Of a DNA stretch of 37,570 bases, positions 10,592 through 19,233 are shown piece by piece; position 1 is the first letter of the stretch, and each line of letters opens with the position of its first letter. Location: IMG/VR virus record IMGVR_UViG_2718218135_000004; one strand, written 5' to 3'. The notes beneath the pieces were generated by a model. It was not told the DNA's origin, made no database searches, and was given only the letters and a program-made list of their open reading frames with translations. A program made the translations under genes and the position numbers. This DNA is from a virus (lineage: Duplodnaviria > Heunggongvirae > Uroviricota > Caudoviricetes).

Positions 10592-11158
10592 TCAGGGAGA
10601 TTTATTGTTCTTATTTGCCGGAAATTTTCGATAAATGGTAGAAACGCCTACATCAAAAATCAGTGCAATACGCTGTCTTGATTCTCCGGCCTCGAGTAAA
10701 CGCCCAATCTGTGCCCACTGTTCGCTGGTCAACTTAGGACGGCGTCCACCTACTCTGCCTTTAGCACGAGCTGCAGCCAGCCCCGCCCTGGTACGTTCAA
10801 CTATCAGTTCGCGTTCCATTTCAGCCAGGGCACCCATGACATGAAAAAAGAAACGGCCCATTGGGGTGCTGGTATCAATACTGTCAGTCAGGCTTCGGAA
10901 ATTCACGCCACGCTGGCGCAGCTCTTCTATCAGCGTAACAAGATGCCGCATACTGCGCCCCAGTCTGTCCAGCTTCCAGACAACCAGCGTGTCTCCTGCC
11001 GATAGTGTCCTGAGCAGCTTTTTCAGCCCCGGTCTGTCGGACTTGGTGCCACTGATTTTATCCTCAAAAATCCGCTCACATCCCGCACAGTTCAGTGCAT
11101 TGCGTTGCAAATCGGTGTTCTGGTCATTTGTTGACACGCGTACATAGCCAATAAGCAT
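10592..11158 (-). CDS. pin: serine DNA invertase (Hin/Gin/Cin/Pin family)
   Basis: MLIGYVRVSTNDQNTDLQ N-terminus with catalytic Ser, resolvase core, C-terminal HTH (VSTIYRKF); recalled close similarity to e14 Pin. Confidence 0.9.
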   Translation of the reverse strand: MLIGYVRVSTNDQNTDLQRNALNCAGCERIFEDKISGTKSDRPGLKKLLRTLSAGDTLVVWKLDRLGRSMRHLVTLIEELRQRGVNFRSLTDSIDTSTPMGRFFFHVMGALAEMERELIVERTRAGLAAARAKGRVGGRRPKLTSEQWAQIGRLLEAGESRQRIALIFDVGVSTIYRKFPANKNNKSP

Positions 11159-11213
11159 GATCATCCCCCTGAATAAAAACCGGAGATGATGCCAGTTAGC
11201 CGTTATCTCTGCA

Positions 11214-11239
11214 TTTTCATAAACGTTGGTTTGGGAGAA
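11214..11239 (-). repeat. 26-bp invertase crossover site (left inverted repeat)
   Basis: Reverse complement TTCTCCCAAACCAACGTTTATGAAAA; first 14 nt identical to the site at 13111-13136; two 12-bp half-sites around central AA. Confidence 0.8.
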
Positions 11240-11578
11240 GCGGCTAAAAGGAATGTAGGGACAGGGGCGAATCAGATACCTGATATGGGTAGCTTCACGC
11301 TTTCTGTTTCAGGTACTGGATATCAAAAATTACCATCAGGTTTTATTCTTCAGTGGGGCTCAATCGGCGCACCAGGCATTGCACAGGATGTAGTAACCCA
11401 TTTTCCGATTGCATTTCCAAACAGATGTCTGCGTGTTTTGGTCTCACAAGACTACACACCAGATAGCGGGGCTGTTGGTTATATTGCCTGCGCAGGTTTT
11501 AGTGCCGACCCGGTTAAATTTATATCCAGAGCCAGTACTCCTGGCCTCGGCGCTTCATTTTTAGCGTTAGGCTGTTAA
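11240..11578 (+). CDS. alternative tail-fibre C-terminal segment (Sv'-like; promoterless, expressed only after inversion)
   Basis: Frame runs through the crossover site encoding ..NVGLGE|AAKRN..; after inversion it fuses in frame to the H constant region ending ..TYLGLGE. Confidence 0.7.
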   Translation, partial: AAKRNVGTGANQIPDMGSFTLSVSGTGYQKLPSGFILQWGSIGAPGIAQDVVTHFPIAFPNRCLRVLVSQDYTPDSGAVGYIACAGFSADPVKFISRASTPGLGASFLALGC

Positions 11579-11599
11579 TTTAGCTATATGGAGTGAAAA

Positions 11600-12040
11600 A
11601 TGAATTACATATATTCCGCGACTACAAACTCTTTCTATCCGCTGGAGATGAAAGAGGATTACACTCAAGCTGACTCATGGCCAGATGATGCTGTTGAAGT
11701 TGATGAGCAAGCGTATATTGAGTTTTCCGGATTACCGCCGAAAGGAAAAATCCGTATCGCTGGAGAAAATGGTTTTCCTGCATGGTCCGAAATTCCACCA
11801 CCAACACATGAGGAACAAATTGCTGCAGCCGAATTGGAGAAGCAGCAATTGATTAATCAGGCCAACGATTATATGAACAGTAAACAATGGCCTGGTAAAG
11901 CGGCTATTGGTCGTCTGAAAGGTGACGAACTGGCGCAATATAATTTGTGGCTGGATTACCTGGACGCACTGGAACTGGTCGATACTTCCGGTGCGCCAGA
12001 TATTGAATGGCCTACGCCTCCGGCAGTTCAGGCCAGATGA
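11600..12040 (+). CDS. alternative tail fibre assembly protein (Tfa/U'-like)
   Basis: 146-aa ORF following the Sv' segment; shares C-terminal motif (TSxAPDIxWPxxP) with the convergent Tfa at 12012-12614. Confidence 0.8.
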   Translation: MNYIYSATTNSFYPLEMKEDYTQADSWPDDAVEVDEQAYIEFSGLPPKGKIRIAGENGFPAWSEIPPPTHEEQIAAAELEKQQLINQANDYMNSKQWPGKAAIGRLKGDELAQYNLWLDYLDALELVDTSGAPDIEWPTPPAVQAR

Positions 12041-12614
12041 CATCCGGCGCGGTGCTGGTATCTGTTGCCGTCACCGCGTCAATGTAATCCAGCACAGCGT
12101 TAAGTCGGGTGGTTTCTGCCTGCGTCAGCTTCCGCCCGGCCTGCAATTTCAGTTGAATCAGACTGATGGAAGCCATTGCAGTATCAATCAGTGACTGACG
12201 CTGTGCTTCTGCCGCGTCTACTGCGGCGCGATGCTGTGCCTCAGTATCGGTCACCCATTTCTCACCATCCCATTTATCGAATGGCGTTAACGGGGCGATA
12301 GTGGTTGTATTTTCAGGGTAATCACCCGGAGCTGTGATTTCTTTTGATTCTCCTGTTTCAGTGCTATATACCGTTTCACCACGGTGGTCTGGCACATATA
12401 CCCATGAGTTAAAATCTGCAGAACGGCAGATTGCATAACCAGCTTTATATGAGTCAGGAGCATCTAAACAGGAGCATGCCGGAATGCCGACACCCACAGC
12501 AAGATATTCAGTTGATGTGAAAATATATTCCCGTGTTTCACCATCATAGTTATAAACAGTAATATTTCCTGCCTGGGTGGCGATAAATTCGTTATTTAAT
12601 ACGGCGTAATCCAT
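12012..12614 (-). CDS. G: tail fibre assembly protein (gpG/Tfa-like)
   Basis: 200-aa ORF; start overlaps H stop (TAATG); C-terminal TSTAPDVIWPELP motif. Confidence 0.85.
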   Translation of the reverse strand: MDYAVLNNEFIATQAGNITVYNYDGETREYIFTSTEYLAVGVGIPACSCLDAPDSYKAGYAICRSADFNSWVYVPDHRGETVYSTETGESKEITAPGDYPENTTTIAPLTPFDKWDGEKWVTDTEAQHRAAVDAAEAQRQSLIDTAMASISLIQLKLQAGRKLTQAETTRLNAVLDYIDAVTATDTSTAPDVIWPELPEA

Positions 12615-14173
12615 TATGCAGCCCTCACGATATACGCAAATGCCAGGTTCCGTGGTCTGGTTTCTTTAATTAAAGAGGAGGCATCAGGTGAACTCACTGA
12701 TTCAGCACCATTTCTTCCACCAGTGGTATAAGTAAAAACTCTTTCACTGTTAGACCAGTAATCCACACCAACTGTTTTTGCTGATGAAAAAATGGTTTCA
12801 TCAGATATAACCTGTTCTATTCCATACGGGATATTAGTAACTGACCCCACTTTTGTAGGTATTCCATGATTATGAGAAATTACTGCATGCTCTTGATTCG
12901 TTAATAAAGTACGACCGCTATCCACTCCACGCCCGTCATCCCAGCCACGAATAAACTCACCACGTAAATCAGGCAATTTATTTGTCGGATAAGCCTTTGC
13001 CAGTTCCGGGTATTCTTCAGCAGAAAAAGCGGCACCGTTGCATTTCAGCCAGCCTGTTGGCGGAGTGGCGGAAGGCCACGGAACAGGCACGCCAACGGGT
13101 AATGCCGAACCTTCTCCCAAACCAAGGTATGTGAGAAGACCTGCTACATCCTTTCCACTCAAATTAGTCAGCGTATTGTCCAGCGGTTGTTTACCTGCCA
13201 GCGCATTAAGCATTGTCGTGGCAAAGTTCGGATCATTCCCCAGTGCCGCCGCCAGTTCGTTCAGTGTATCCAGTGCCTCAGGTGCAGAACCCACCATTGC
13301 TGCAATCGCCGATTTCACAAAAGCCGTAGTGGCAATCTGTGTATTGTTGACCGACTGCGCCGCCGTGGGGGCTGTTGGCGTTCCGGTGAGTGCAGGACTC
13401 GACAGCGGCGCTTTCAGTGCCAGCGCATTGTTAATGGTGGTACTGAATTTCGGATCATTGTTAATGGCTACGGCTATTTCTTTCAGCGTGTCCAGCGTGG
13501 CTGGCGCACCATTAATAAGAGCCGTCAGTGCCGCCTGAACAAATGCGGTGGTCGCAAGCTGCGTGGTATTATTCCCCGCCGCTGGCGTTGGCGCTTTGGG
13601 AGTTCCGGTAAACGTCGGACTTTCTTTGGGTGCATACTGTGAATGCGGGTCCGGTGCGGCAAGATGTTTTGCCATCAGGTCATCCACGTACACCTTCAAC
13701 TCCAGTGCTTTGTCATCCACATACTTGCGGGTTGCCAGCACTACGGCAGGGTCGATTTTCAGGGTGATATTGTCCGTGCTGCTGGTAATCAGCACCATGC
13801 GCACGGTCTGGGTACGCCCGCTGCCTTCAGCCAGTTGCGGCTTATAGCTTTCCGGGCAGTTTCCCACGGCAATCAATGCCCCGGACTCATCAAACAGGCC
13901 CACTTCACGTATCCACCAACCGCCCTCGTTTTCAGGGATCACCTGTTCAGCAATAATCTGGCTGCTATTCTGCGGGTCGATATAAAGCATATTCAGCGCA
14001 GCCCGGCGTTTCTCATTTACCAGTGCCGTCTGCTTTGCGTCCGGCGTTGGCAATACTCCGCCGCCATCGCCCACCGCCATATGGGTAATTTTTAGCGGCA
14101 CACCGAGCGCGGCGGCGCTGGCAAGTTTCGCCGCGCCAATATCCGTCAGCAGGGTATAAAATTTTGTGCTCAT
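12614..14173 (-). CDS. H: tail fibre protein gpH-like (constant N-terminal part plus currently fused variable C-terminus)
   Basis: 519-aa ORF with repeated TTAFV..ALxxLxxAL blocks; crossover site embedded at codons TYLGLGE. Confidence 0.9.
   Translation of the reverse strand: MSTKFYTLLTDIGAAKLASAAALGVPLKITHMAVGDGGGVLPTPDAKQTALVNEKRRAALNMLYIDPQNSSQIIAEQVIPENEGGWWIREVGLFDESGALIAVGNCPESYKPQLAEGSGRTQTVRMVLITSSTDNITLKIDPAVVLATRKYVDDKALELKVYVDDLMAKHLAAPDPHSQYAPKESPTFTGTPKAPTPAAGNNTTQLATTAFVQAALTALINGAPATLDTLKEIAVAINNDPKFSTTINNALALKAPLSSPALTGTPTAPTAAQSVNNTQIATTAFVKSAIAAMVGSAPEALDTLNELAAALGNDPNFATTMLNALAGKQPLDNTLTNLSGKDVAGLLTYLGLGEGSALPVGVPVPWPSATPPTGWLKCNGAAFSAEEYPELAKAYPTNKLPDLRGEFIRGWDDGRGVDSGRTLLTNQEHAVISHNHGIPTKVGSVTNIPYGIEQVISDETIFSSAKTVGVDYWSNSERVFTYTTGGRNGAESVSSPDASSLIKETRPRNLAFAYIVRAA
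13111..13136 (+). repeat. 26-bp invertase crossover site (right inverted repeat, inside H)
   Basis: TTCTCCCAAACCAAGGTATGTGAGAA; internal dyad of 12-bp half-sites around central AA; encodes LGLGE in the H frame. Confidence 0.8.
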
Positions 14174-14775
14174 GGATTCACTCTCATTGTGTCAATAACA
14201 TGGACCGCCCCGCCTTCATGCGCGGTGCCACCGGAAATAATCGTTTCGTTGATATACGGATAGATCGTGATTTCTTCGCCAAGATAACTGGCGGCTCCCA
14301 CCCAATGCGGGCCGCTGGTCTGCAGATTGATGGACATGCCGATCATGTGACGGCTACATGGTTTGGCATCGCTTATCAGCCGCTCAAGTTCCAGATAGGT
14401 ATCTTCAGTGATGCCCTGGTCCTGCACGCCGATGTCCAGGCGAAACGTGCCCGGTGTTTCTCCGGTCTGCCACCACTCAATAATGCGGATCAGAAAGCCG
14501 AACGGCTCCACCACCCGCCGCACGGCACTGGTGGTCCCTTTATGCTGATGAATATAAAAAGCATCCTTCACTACCTGGCGTTTGACGCTTTCTGTCCAGC
14601 CTTCGTCCCAGCGATCCACAGAGAACGCCCAGGCGAGATAAGGCAGGAAGCTGACCGGGCAGGTAGCCGGATTCCACAAGTCACGCAGCGGCACCTGCAG
14701 ATCAGAAATCCCGCTGCACGTTTGCGCCAGTCGGCGCTCCAGTGAAGTTGACCCCGATGGCAGCAGACTATTCAT
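14170..14775 (-). CDS. I: baseplate assembly protein gpI-like
   Basis: 201-aa ORF between J and H, P2 order. Confidence 0.85.
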   Translation of the reverse strand: MNSLLPSGSTSLERRLAQTCSGISDLQVPLRDLWNPATCPVSFLPYLAWAFSVDRWDEGWTESVKRQVVKDAFYIHQHKGTTSAVRRVVEPFGFLIRIIEWWQTGETPGTFRLDIGVQDQGITEDTYLELERLISDAKPCSRHMIGMSINLQTSGPHWVGAASYLGEEITIYPYINETIISGGTAHEGGAVHVIDTMRVNP

Positions 14776-15676
14776 CCGTTCCCCCGTTGGTCACGCTCCA
14801 CTGCGTACATGATGCCGCCTGCGTTTTGTTCAAAACCACATCCGCCAGCGGCGAAGCCAGCTCCACACGCTGCACACCCTCAACATGCAGGGCGGCAAAG
14901 ATGGCGCTACGGCGAATATCCCGACCAAGCCGCGTCTGACTGGCGATGTACTTCTGCAGGCTGGCTTTTGCCGCTGCCATTACCGGCTCTGCTTCCGGCC
15001 CCGGATAGAGAAAAATGGTGGCTTCCACGCGGTACGGTATGATTTCTGCGCTGCGAACCGTCAGACGGTCAGCCACCGGGCGGACGTTCTCACTGTTCAG
15101 GGCGTTCTCCACCACATCCAGCAGGTCTTTTTCTGCTGTTCCGTCGCCTTCGCGGCTAAGGACAGTCAGTACCACCTCTGCAGGTGCCGGGCTGGTTGCA
15201 CTGGCATCCGCCACCCGACCGTCGGCGCTTCGGGCATGAAATTCATAAGCTGCGGTTGGCCCCGCAACCGAAAGCCCTTCAAAAGCCGCAGGCACACGCA
15301 GGCGTAACGCTTCATCGCTTTCCATCACAGCCGCAACGGGTGGCACAGCGTCATTATCAGCAGGCGTCACCGTCAGGCGTTTCACGTTGTAGTTGGCAGC
15401 GAGCTGGTCAAGATCGCCGCCCATCGCGTAAGCCACCATCACAGCATGCGCGGCTTCGTTAATGCGCTGGCGCAGAAGCAACTCACGGTAAGCGTTCTCC
15501 TGAAGCAATTTGGTGACGGGTTCAGATTCCAGTTCCAGCGTGCGGATCACTGCTTCCTGCTCATCTTTCGGATGAAGCGCAACAAATTCGGCCTTGCGTT
15601 CGGCAAGCAGCGTCTCAAAGTCCGGCACATCTACAATCTGCGGCGCAGGCAACTGCGAAAGGTCAATCACTGCCAT
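14768..15676 (-). CDS. J: baseplate assembly protein gpJ-like
   Basis: Start chosen at internal MAVIDLSQLPAP (15676); ORF-track start 15715 is an extension. Confidence 0.85.
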   Translation of the reverse strand: MAVIDLSQLPAPQIVDVPDFETLLAERKAEFVALHPKDEQEAVIRTLELESEPVTKLLQENAYRELLLRQRINEAAHAVMVAYAMGGDLDQLAANYNVKRLTVTPADNDAVPPVAAVMESDEALRLRVPAAFEGLSVAGPTAAYEFHARSADGRVADASATSPAPAEVVLTVLSREGDGTAEKDLLDVVENALNSENVRPVADRLTVRSAEIIPYRVEATIFLYPGPEAEPVMAAAKASLQKYIASQTRLGRDIRRSAIFAALHVEGVQRVELASPLADVVLNKTQAASCTQWSVTNGGTDE

Positions 15677-16022
15677 TCTCTGCTCCTGTTGATACGGAAA
15701 GGGAAACAGGCACACCGTTATTATGCCGCCCGGTCAGCTCCACCACCATTGAACCGTCAAAATTGCTGTTGATGGTGATGGAATCCAGCGTCAGCCGTGG
15801 CTCCCAGCGACTCAGCGCCACATACACTGCCGACATGACCTGCAGGCGTAATGCCGGATTTTGTGGCTGGTCTATCAGTGTCGACAACAGGGAACCATAT
15901 TCCCGACGGGCAATGCGGCTACCCTGCGGTGTCAGTAGAATGTCCCGCACCGACTGACGCAGATGGTCAATATCAGTAATGGCTTTACCGCTGGTATTGT
16001 TCATCCCGCTATAAAGCGTCAT
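15663..16022 (-). CDS. W: baseplate wedge protein gpW-like (gp25 family)
   Basis: 119-aa ORF, recalled similarity to P2 gpW (..GSR..RRxYGSLL..). Confidence 0.85.
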   Translation of the reverse strand: MTLYSGMNNTSGKAITDIDHLRQSVRDILLTPQGSRIARREYGSLLSTLIDQPQNPALRLQVMSAVYVALSRWEPRLTLDSITINSNFDGSMVVELTGRHNNGVPVSLSVSTGAENGSD

Positions 16023-16597
16023 ACCGGACCTCCAGTCGTGTCGCCGCCTTTCAGGACGCCAGTATGCTGATGCGCATCAACCACGATCCCGTTAGAACTC
16101 ATCGCTCCGCCACCCTGGGTAACGCCACCATTGATCACCACTTCGCTGTTAATGCGCGTGCGGTCAGCCTCCAGTACAAACTCACTGGTTTTCATGGTGA
16201 TGTTGTCAGCGGCCTCAATGACCATTGATTTGATGCCCCTGACATACCAGCTCCCGGTGGCGGGTTCGTATTCAAACCAGCCACCGTCAGGATGTTCTGT
16301 CACGCAGGCGTCCGCCGACGTCGACGGTGGTGCGAACTGATTCGAATAGACAGCGGGCAGCGCAAAGGCAGTCTCCAGATTGCCTCCCAGACTCAGCAGC
16401 ACCACCTGCTCACCTTCCGATGGTTTCCACCATGTGCGGGCATTACCCGCGCGCAGCGTCAGCCAGCTGATCCAGTTGGTTTCAAGGTCGCCCGTTTTCA
16501 CCCGGCAAAGCCAGTTCTCCCGGTCCACTTCGGTAACTACACCTGTTCGGATCAGATTGGTGATAAGGCGCATGATTTCGGTTAATTGTGCGTTCAT
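16019..16597 (-). CDS. V: baseplate spike protein gpV-like
   Basis: Start chosen at MNAQLTEIMRL (16597); in-frame upstream ATGs at 16615 and 16663 make the exact start uncertain. Confidence 0.85.
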   Translation of the reverse strand: MNAQLTEIMRLITNLIRTGVVTEVDRENWLCRVKTGDLETNWISWLTLRAGNARTWWKPSEGEQVVLLSLGGNLETAFALPAVYSNQFAPPSTSADACVTEHPDGGWFEYEPATGSWYVRGIKSMVIEAADNITMKTSEFVLEADRTRINSEVVINGGVTQGGGAMSSNGIVVDAHQHTGVLKGGDTTGGPV

Positions 16598-16644
16598 ACC
16601 GTATATATTAAACATTTGAAATAATATCTTCCAAACGGCATAAT

Positions 16645-16662
16645 TGTACTGAGGATGACACA
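16645..16662 (-). promoter_or_regulatory. P2-type late promoter dyad (TGT-N12-ACA), probable P_V
   Basis: TGTACTGAGGATGACACA in the V/cargo intergenic region; overlaps a sigma70-like -35 (TTGTAC) facing the cargo ATPase gene. Confidence 0.55.
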
Positions 16663-16709
16663 AATGATTATAAATTTAAGTAGCTCAACTAATAATAAAG
16701 GATACATAG

Positions 16710-17913
16710 ATGTATAAAATTCAAAGCGTCACAATTAATGGCTTTTGGCAGCGATTAAACTGTTCCTGCTCATTTAATGATGATGTAAATATTATTATAG
16801 GCCGAAATGGCACGGGTAAAACAACCTTTATGAACCTTCTGCACTCAATATTATCCCTTGATTTGGACAGTATTAACAATGCTGATTTCAATAGTGCCGA
16901 AATAAAACTTAAAGATAAAAAAAAGACAAAAACAATCAAAGTCAAAAAACTTGAAAGCGAATTCGTTATTTAACACTGATGATAGAAGAATATCTCTTAG
17001 TTATAGACGTAGAGTGCATGATGAAACAGAAGAACTAAGAACAGAACTAGCAAAACTAGTCTCGCTTTCTTCTTTATCTGTTTACAGATTAAGAAATAGT
17101 GATGATTTTGAAGTTAAAGATAAATATGGCTCTCGTTTTATCAACCCTGTTGACTATAAGTTATCAGAATTAATACAGGAACTTACAAAATATCAACTTG
17201 AACTATCCCAGAAAGCCAGAGATATCGCATTAGAACTGCAAAAAGAGGTTCTGGCATCAATACTTTATAGCAAGGAAGATATGGAGAATCCTGCTTACAA
17301 CATTAACTTTAACAAAGAGGAAGAAAAACAAAACCTCCTTAATGCATACACACAGTTAAATGCTATTGATCAAAACATTCGTAAAAAAATCAGCTTTCAT
17401 GTTGAAACAATTAATAATACCATTTCGGAATTAAAGAATAAAAGTGAAAGTGGCTTTGATATTCGTTCGATCGAAGCATTGAGAAAAACACAAAAAATAA
17501 TCAAAATGTCATTAACTTCAAAAGAGAAAACATCAAAAATATTTTCTCCAATAGAACAATTCTTAAGCATACTAAGAAATTTTATCACCGATAAAGAATT
17601 TCATTTTCAATCGGGATTGTTAGTCATAAATAACACCTATGGGCCAATAGTTTTAGAAAGTTTATCTTCTGGTGAAAAACAACTGCTAATTTTATTCATT
17701 GAGACCCTCTTGCAAAGAGGGCAACAATATATTTTCCTAACTGATGAGCCTGAGCTTTCCTTACATATTCAATGGCAAAGAAATATTATCCCTGCCATAA
17801 AAAAATTAAATCCTAATGCACAAATTATTGCTGCAACCCATTCTCCTGAAGTTGCATCTAAATATAAAAACGCCATTTTCAATATGGAGAGATTAGTCAA
17901 TGCTAATCAATGA
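16710..17913 (+). pseudogene. ABC-type ATPase (AAA_15/21-like, AriA/OLD-ATPase-like), split by a +1 frameshift at an A8 tract (16917-16924)
   Basis: Walker A GRNGTGKTT in the 87-aa N-terminal ORF; SSGEKQ, Walker B YIFLTDEPELSLH and ATHSPE in the 320-aa C-terminal ORF; the two ORFs overlap 16951-16973 in different frames. Confidence 0.7.
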
Positions 17914-18756
17914 TTCTAATGCAGAAAACTTTTCTTGGTCTAATGAAGCGGAAAATGTGATCAGTTTATTTTATGATGCTGATATTATGGTCTATGTTGA
18001 AGGTGAAGATGACATTGCTTTTTGGGAAATAATTTTTAAAAAAATGGTCGTTTTAATGTAGAAGTTCAAGATGTTGGTGGATGTGAAGCTTTACAACCAT
18101 ATATCGAAAAAATAACCTCAGGAGAAATAAACGCTATAGTTGCCAGAGATTCGGATCTAAACCATTTTTCTGACAACATAGTAAAGCATACAAATATTAT
18201 TTACACAAAGGGATATTCAATAGAAAACACAATCATTGATGAAAAAATCATATCACACATACTCAAAAACACAGGCCGTTTTTGCACGAAAAAAATGCAG
18301 GAAATAGATGTGGAAAATTGGCTTTCTAATTTCTATAGCAACATTGAGAACTTAATAATACTAGATATTCACAATCATTTAAATAAATTAGGATGCTCCG
18401 TAATTGGTGATTCCTGTGATCGTTTTATGCAATCAAGAAATTCATACAATATATGCAAGGAAAAAATAGATGAATATATCAATAGACTACCTGAATCGTT
18501 TACTACTAATGGTTTAGCAGAAAAAAACAACATTCAATTCCCAGAAAATACATCTATAAATCATTGGGTGAAAGGGCACTTTCTTTTCTCAGCATCATTA
18601 AGATTTATAACAAACTTTTTGGCATCCATCAATAAAAAAACCTCTATATCCAAGGATAGTTTTTACGCAAACATCTTGTCTGCATTTGAGATTTTTTATA
18701 CAGAAGAACATGCTGATTATAGTTATTACAATCAAAAGATAGGGGCCATCACATAA
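17900..18756 (+). pseudogene. Toprim-like (OLD/DUF4435-type, AriB-like) protein, split by a frameshift at an A7 tract (18038-18044)
   Basis: ATG 17900 overlaps the ATPase stop by 14 nt; frame 2 reads ..VYVEGEDDIAFWEIIFKK then stops at 18059-61; frame 1 is open from 18040 to 18756 (..AIVARDSD..GYSIEN..). Confidence 0.65.
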
Positions 18757-18785
18757 AAAAATAAAGGCTGGCTTTTATGCCAGCC
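18757..18785 (-). terminator. hairpin terminator between convergent cargo operon and gene S
   Basis: GGCTGGC-TTTTAT-GCCAGCC (18766-18785) with a U-run on the minus strand (plus A-run 18755-18765). Confidence 0.55.
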
Positions 18786-19233
18786 AATCCCCAGAAAATA
18801 AATTCATAATGAATATTTTTCGAATTAATTTTTCACATCCATTTAATCCAAGCAATTTTCTCTCTGCGTAACGGATCTCAGGTCCTTTGCGGCTGACGCG
18901 ATCACGTAGGCCGTAATGGTGAACGCGGGCAATGCGCTGTACCTTACCTTCAAACTGTACGCTGGCAGTATCCGCGCTGGCGGCAGTTTTCAGGTATTTT
19001 GTAGTGCGCAGCTTTGTAAACATCTGACGTTTGATCCGCCCCTTTTTACTGCGTGCTGTTACCCGTCGCGGTTCATAGCTGCTGCCGTCAGGGTTGCGCT
19101 GCATCCTGATATTATGCTGCTGTGTCCGGCGCAGTTCCTGCGACAGCTGGCGCATCATGCGGCTTCTTGCGGCTGGTTCTAGATTCGCCAGCAAGGCACT
19201 CAGCCAGTCGTCCACCTTCTGCAGTTCAGCCAC
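18775..19233 (-). CDS. S: tail completion protein gpS-like
   Basis: 152-aa ORF following R, P2 order. Confidence 0.85.
   Translation of the reverse strand: MAELQKVDDWLSALLANLEPAARSRMMRQLSQELRRTQQHNIRMQRNPDGSSYEPRRVTARSKKGRIKRQMFTKLRTTKYLKTAASADTASVQFEGKVQRIARVHHYGLRDRVSRKGPEIRYAERKLLGLNGCEKLIRKIFIMNLFSGDWLA

Larger units (their letters stand above)
11227..13123. other. invertible tail-fibre DNA segment (Mu G / P1 C / e14 P-type)
   Basis: Region between the two inverted 26-bp crossover sites; contains Sv-Tfa and Tfa'-Sv' in opposite orientations, invertase gene adjacent. Confidence 0.8.

Noticed and set aside
13038-13642. Overlapping 151- and 166-aa + strand ORFs
   Set aside because: Antisense to the tail fibre gene H; Cys/Arg-rich or low-complexity translations; no independent support
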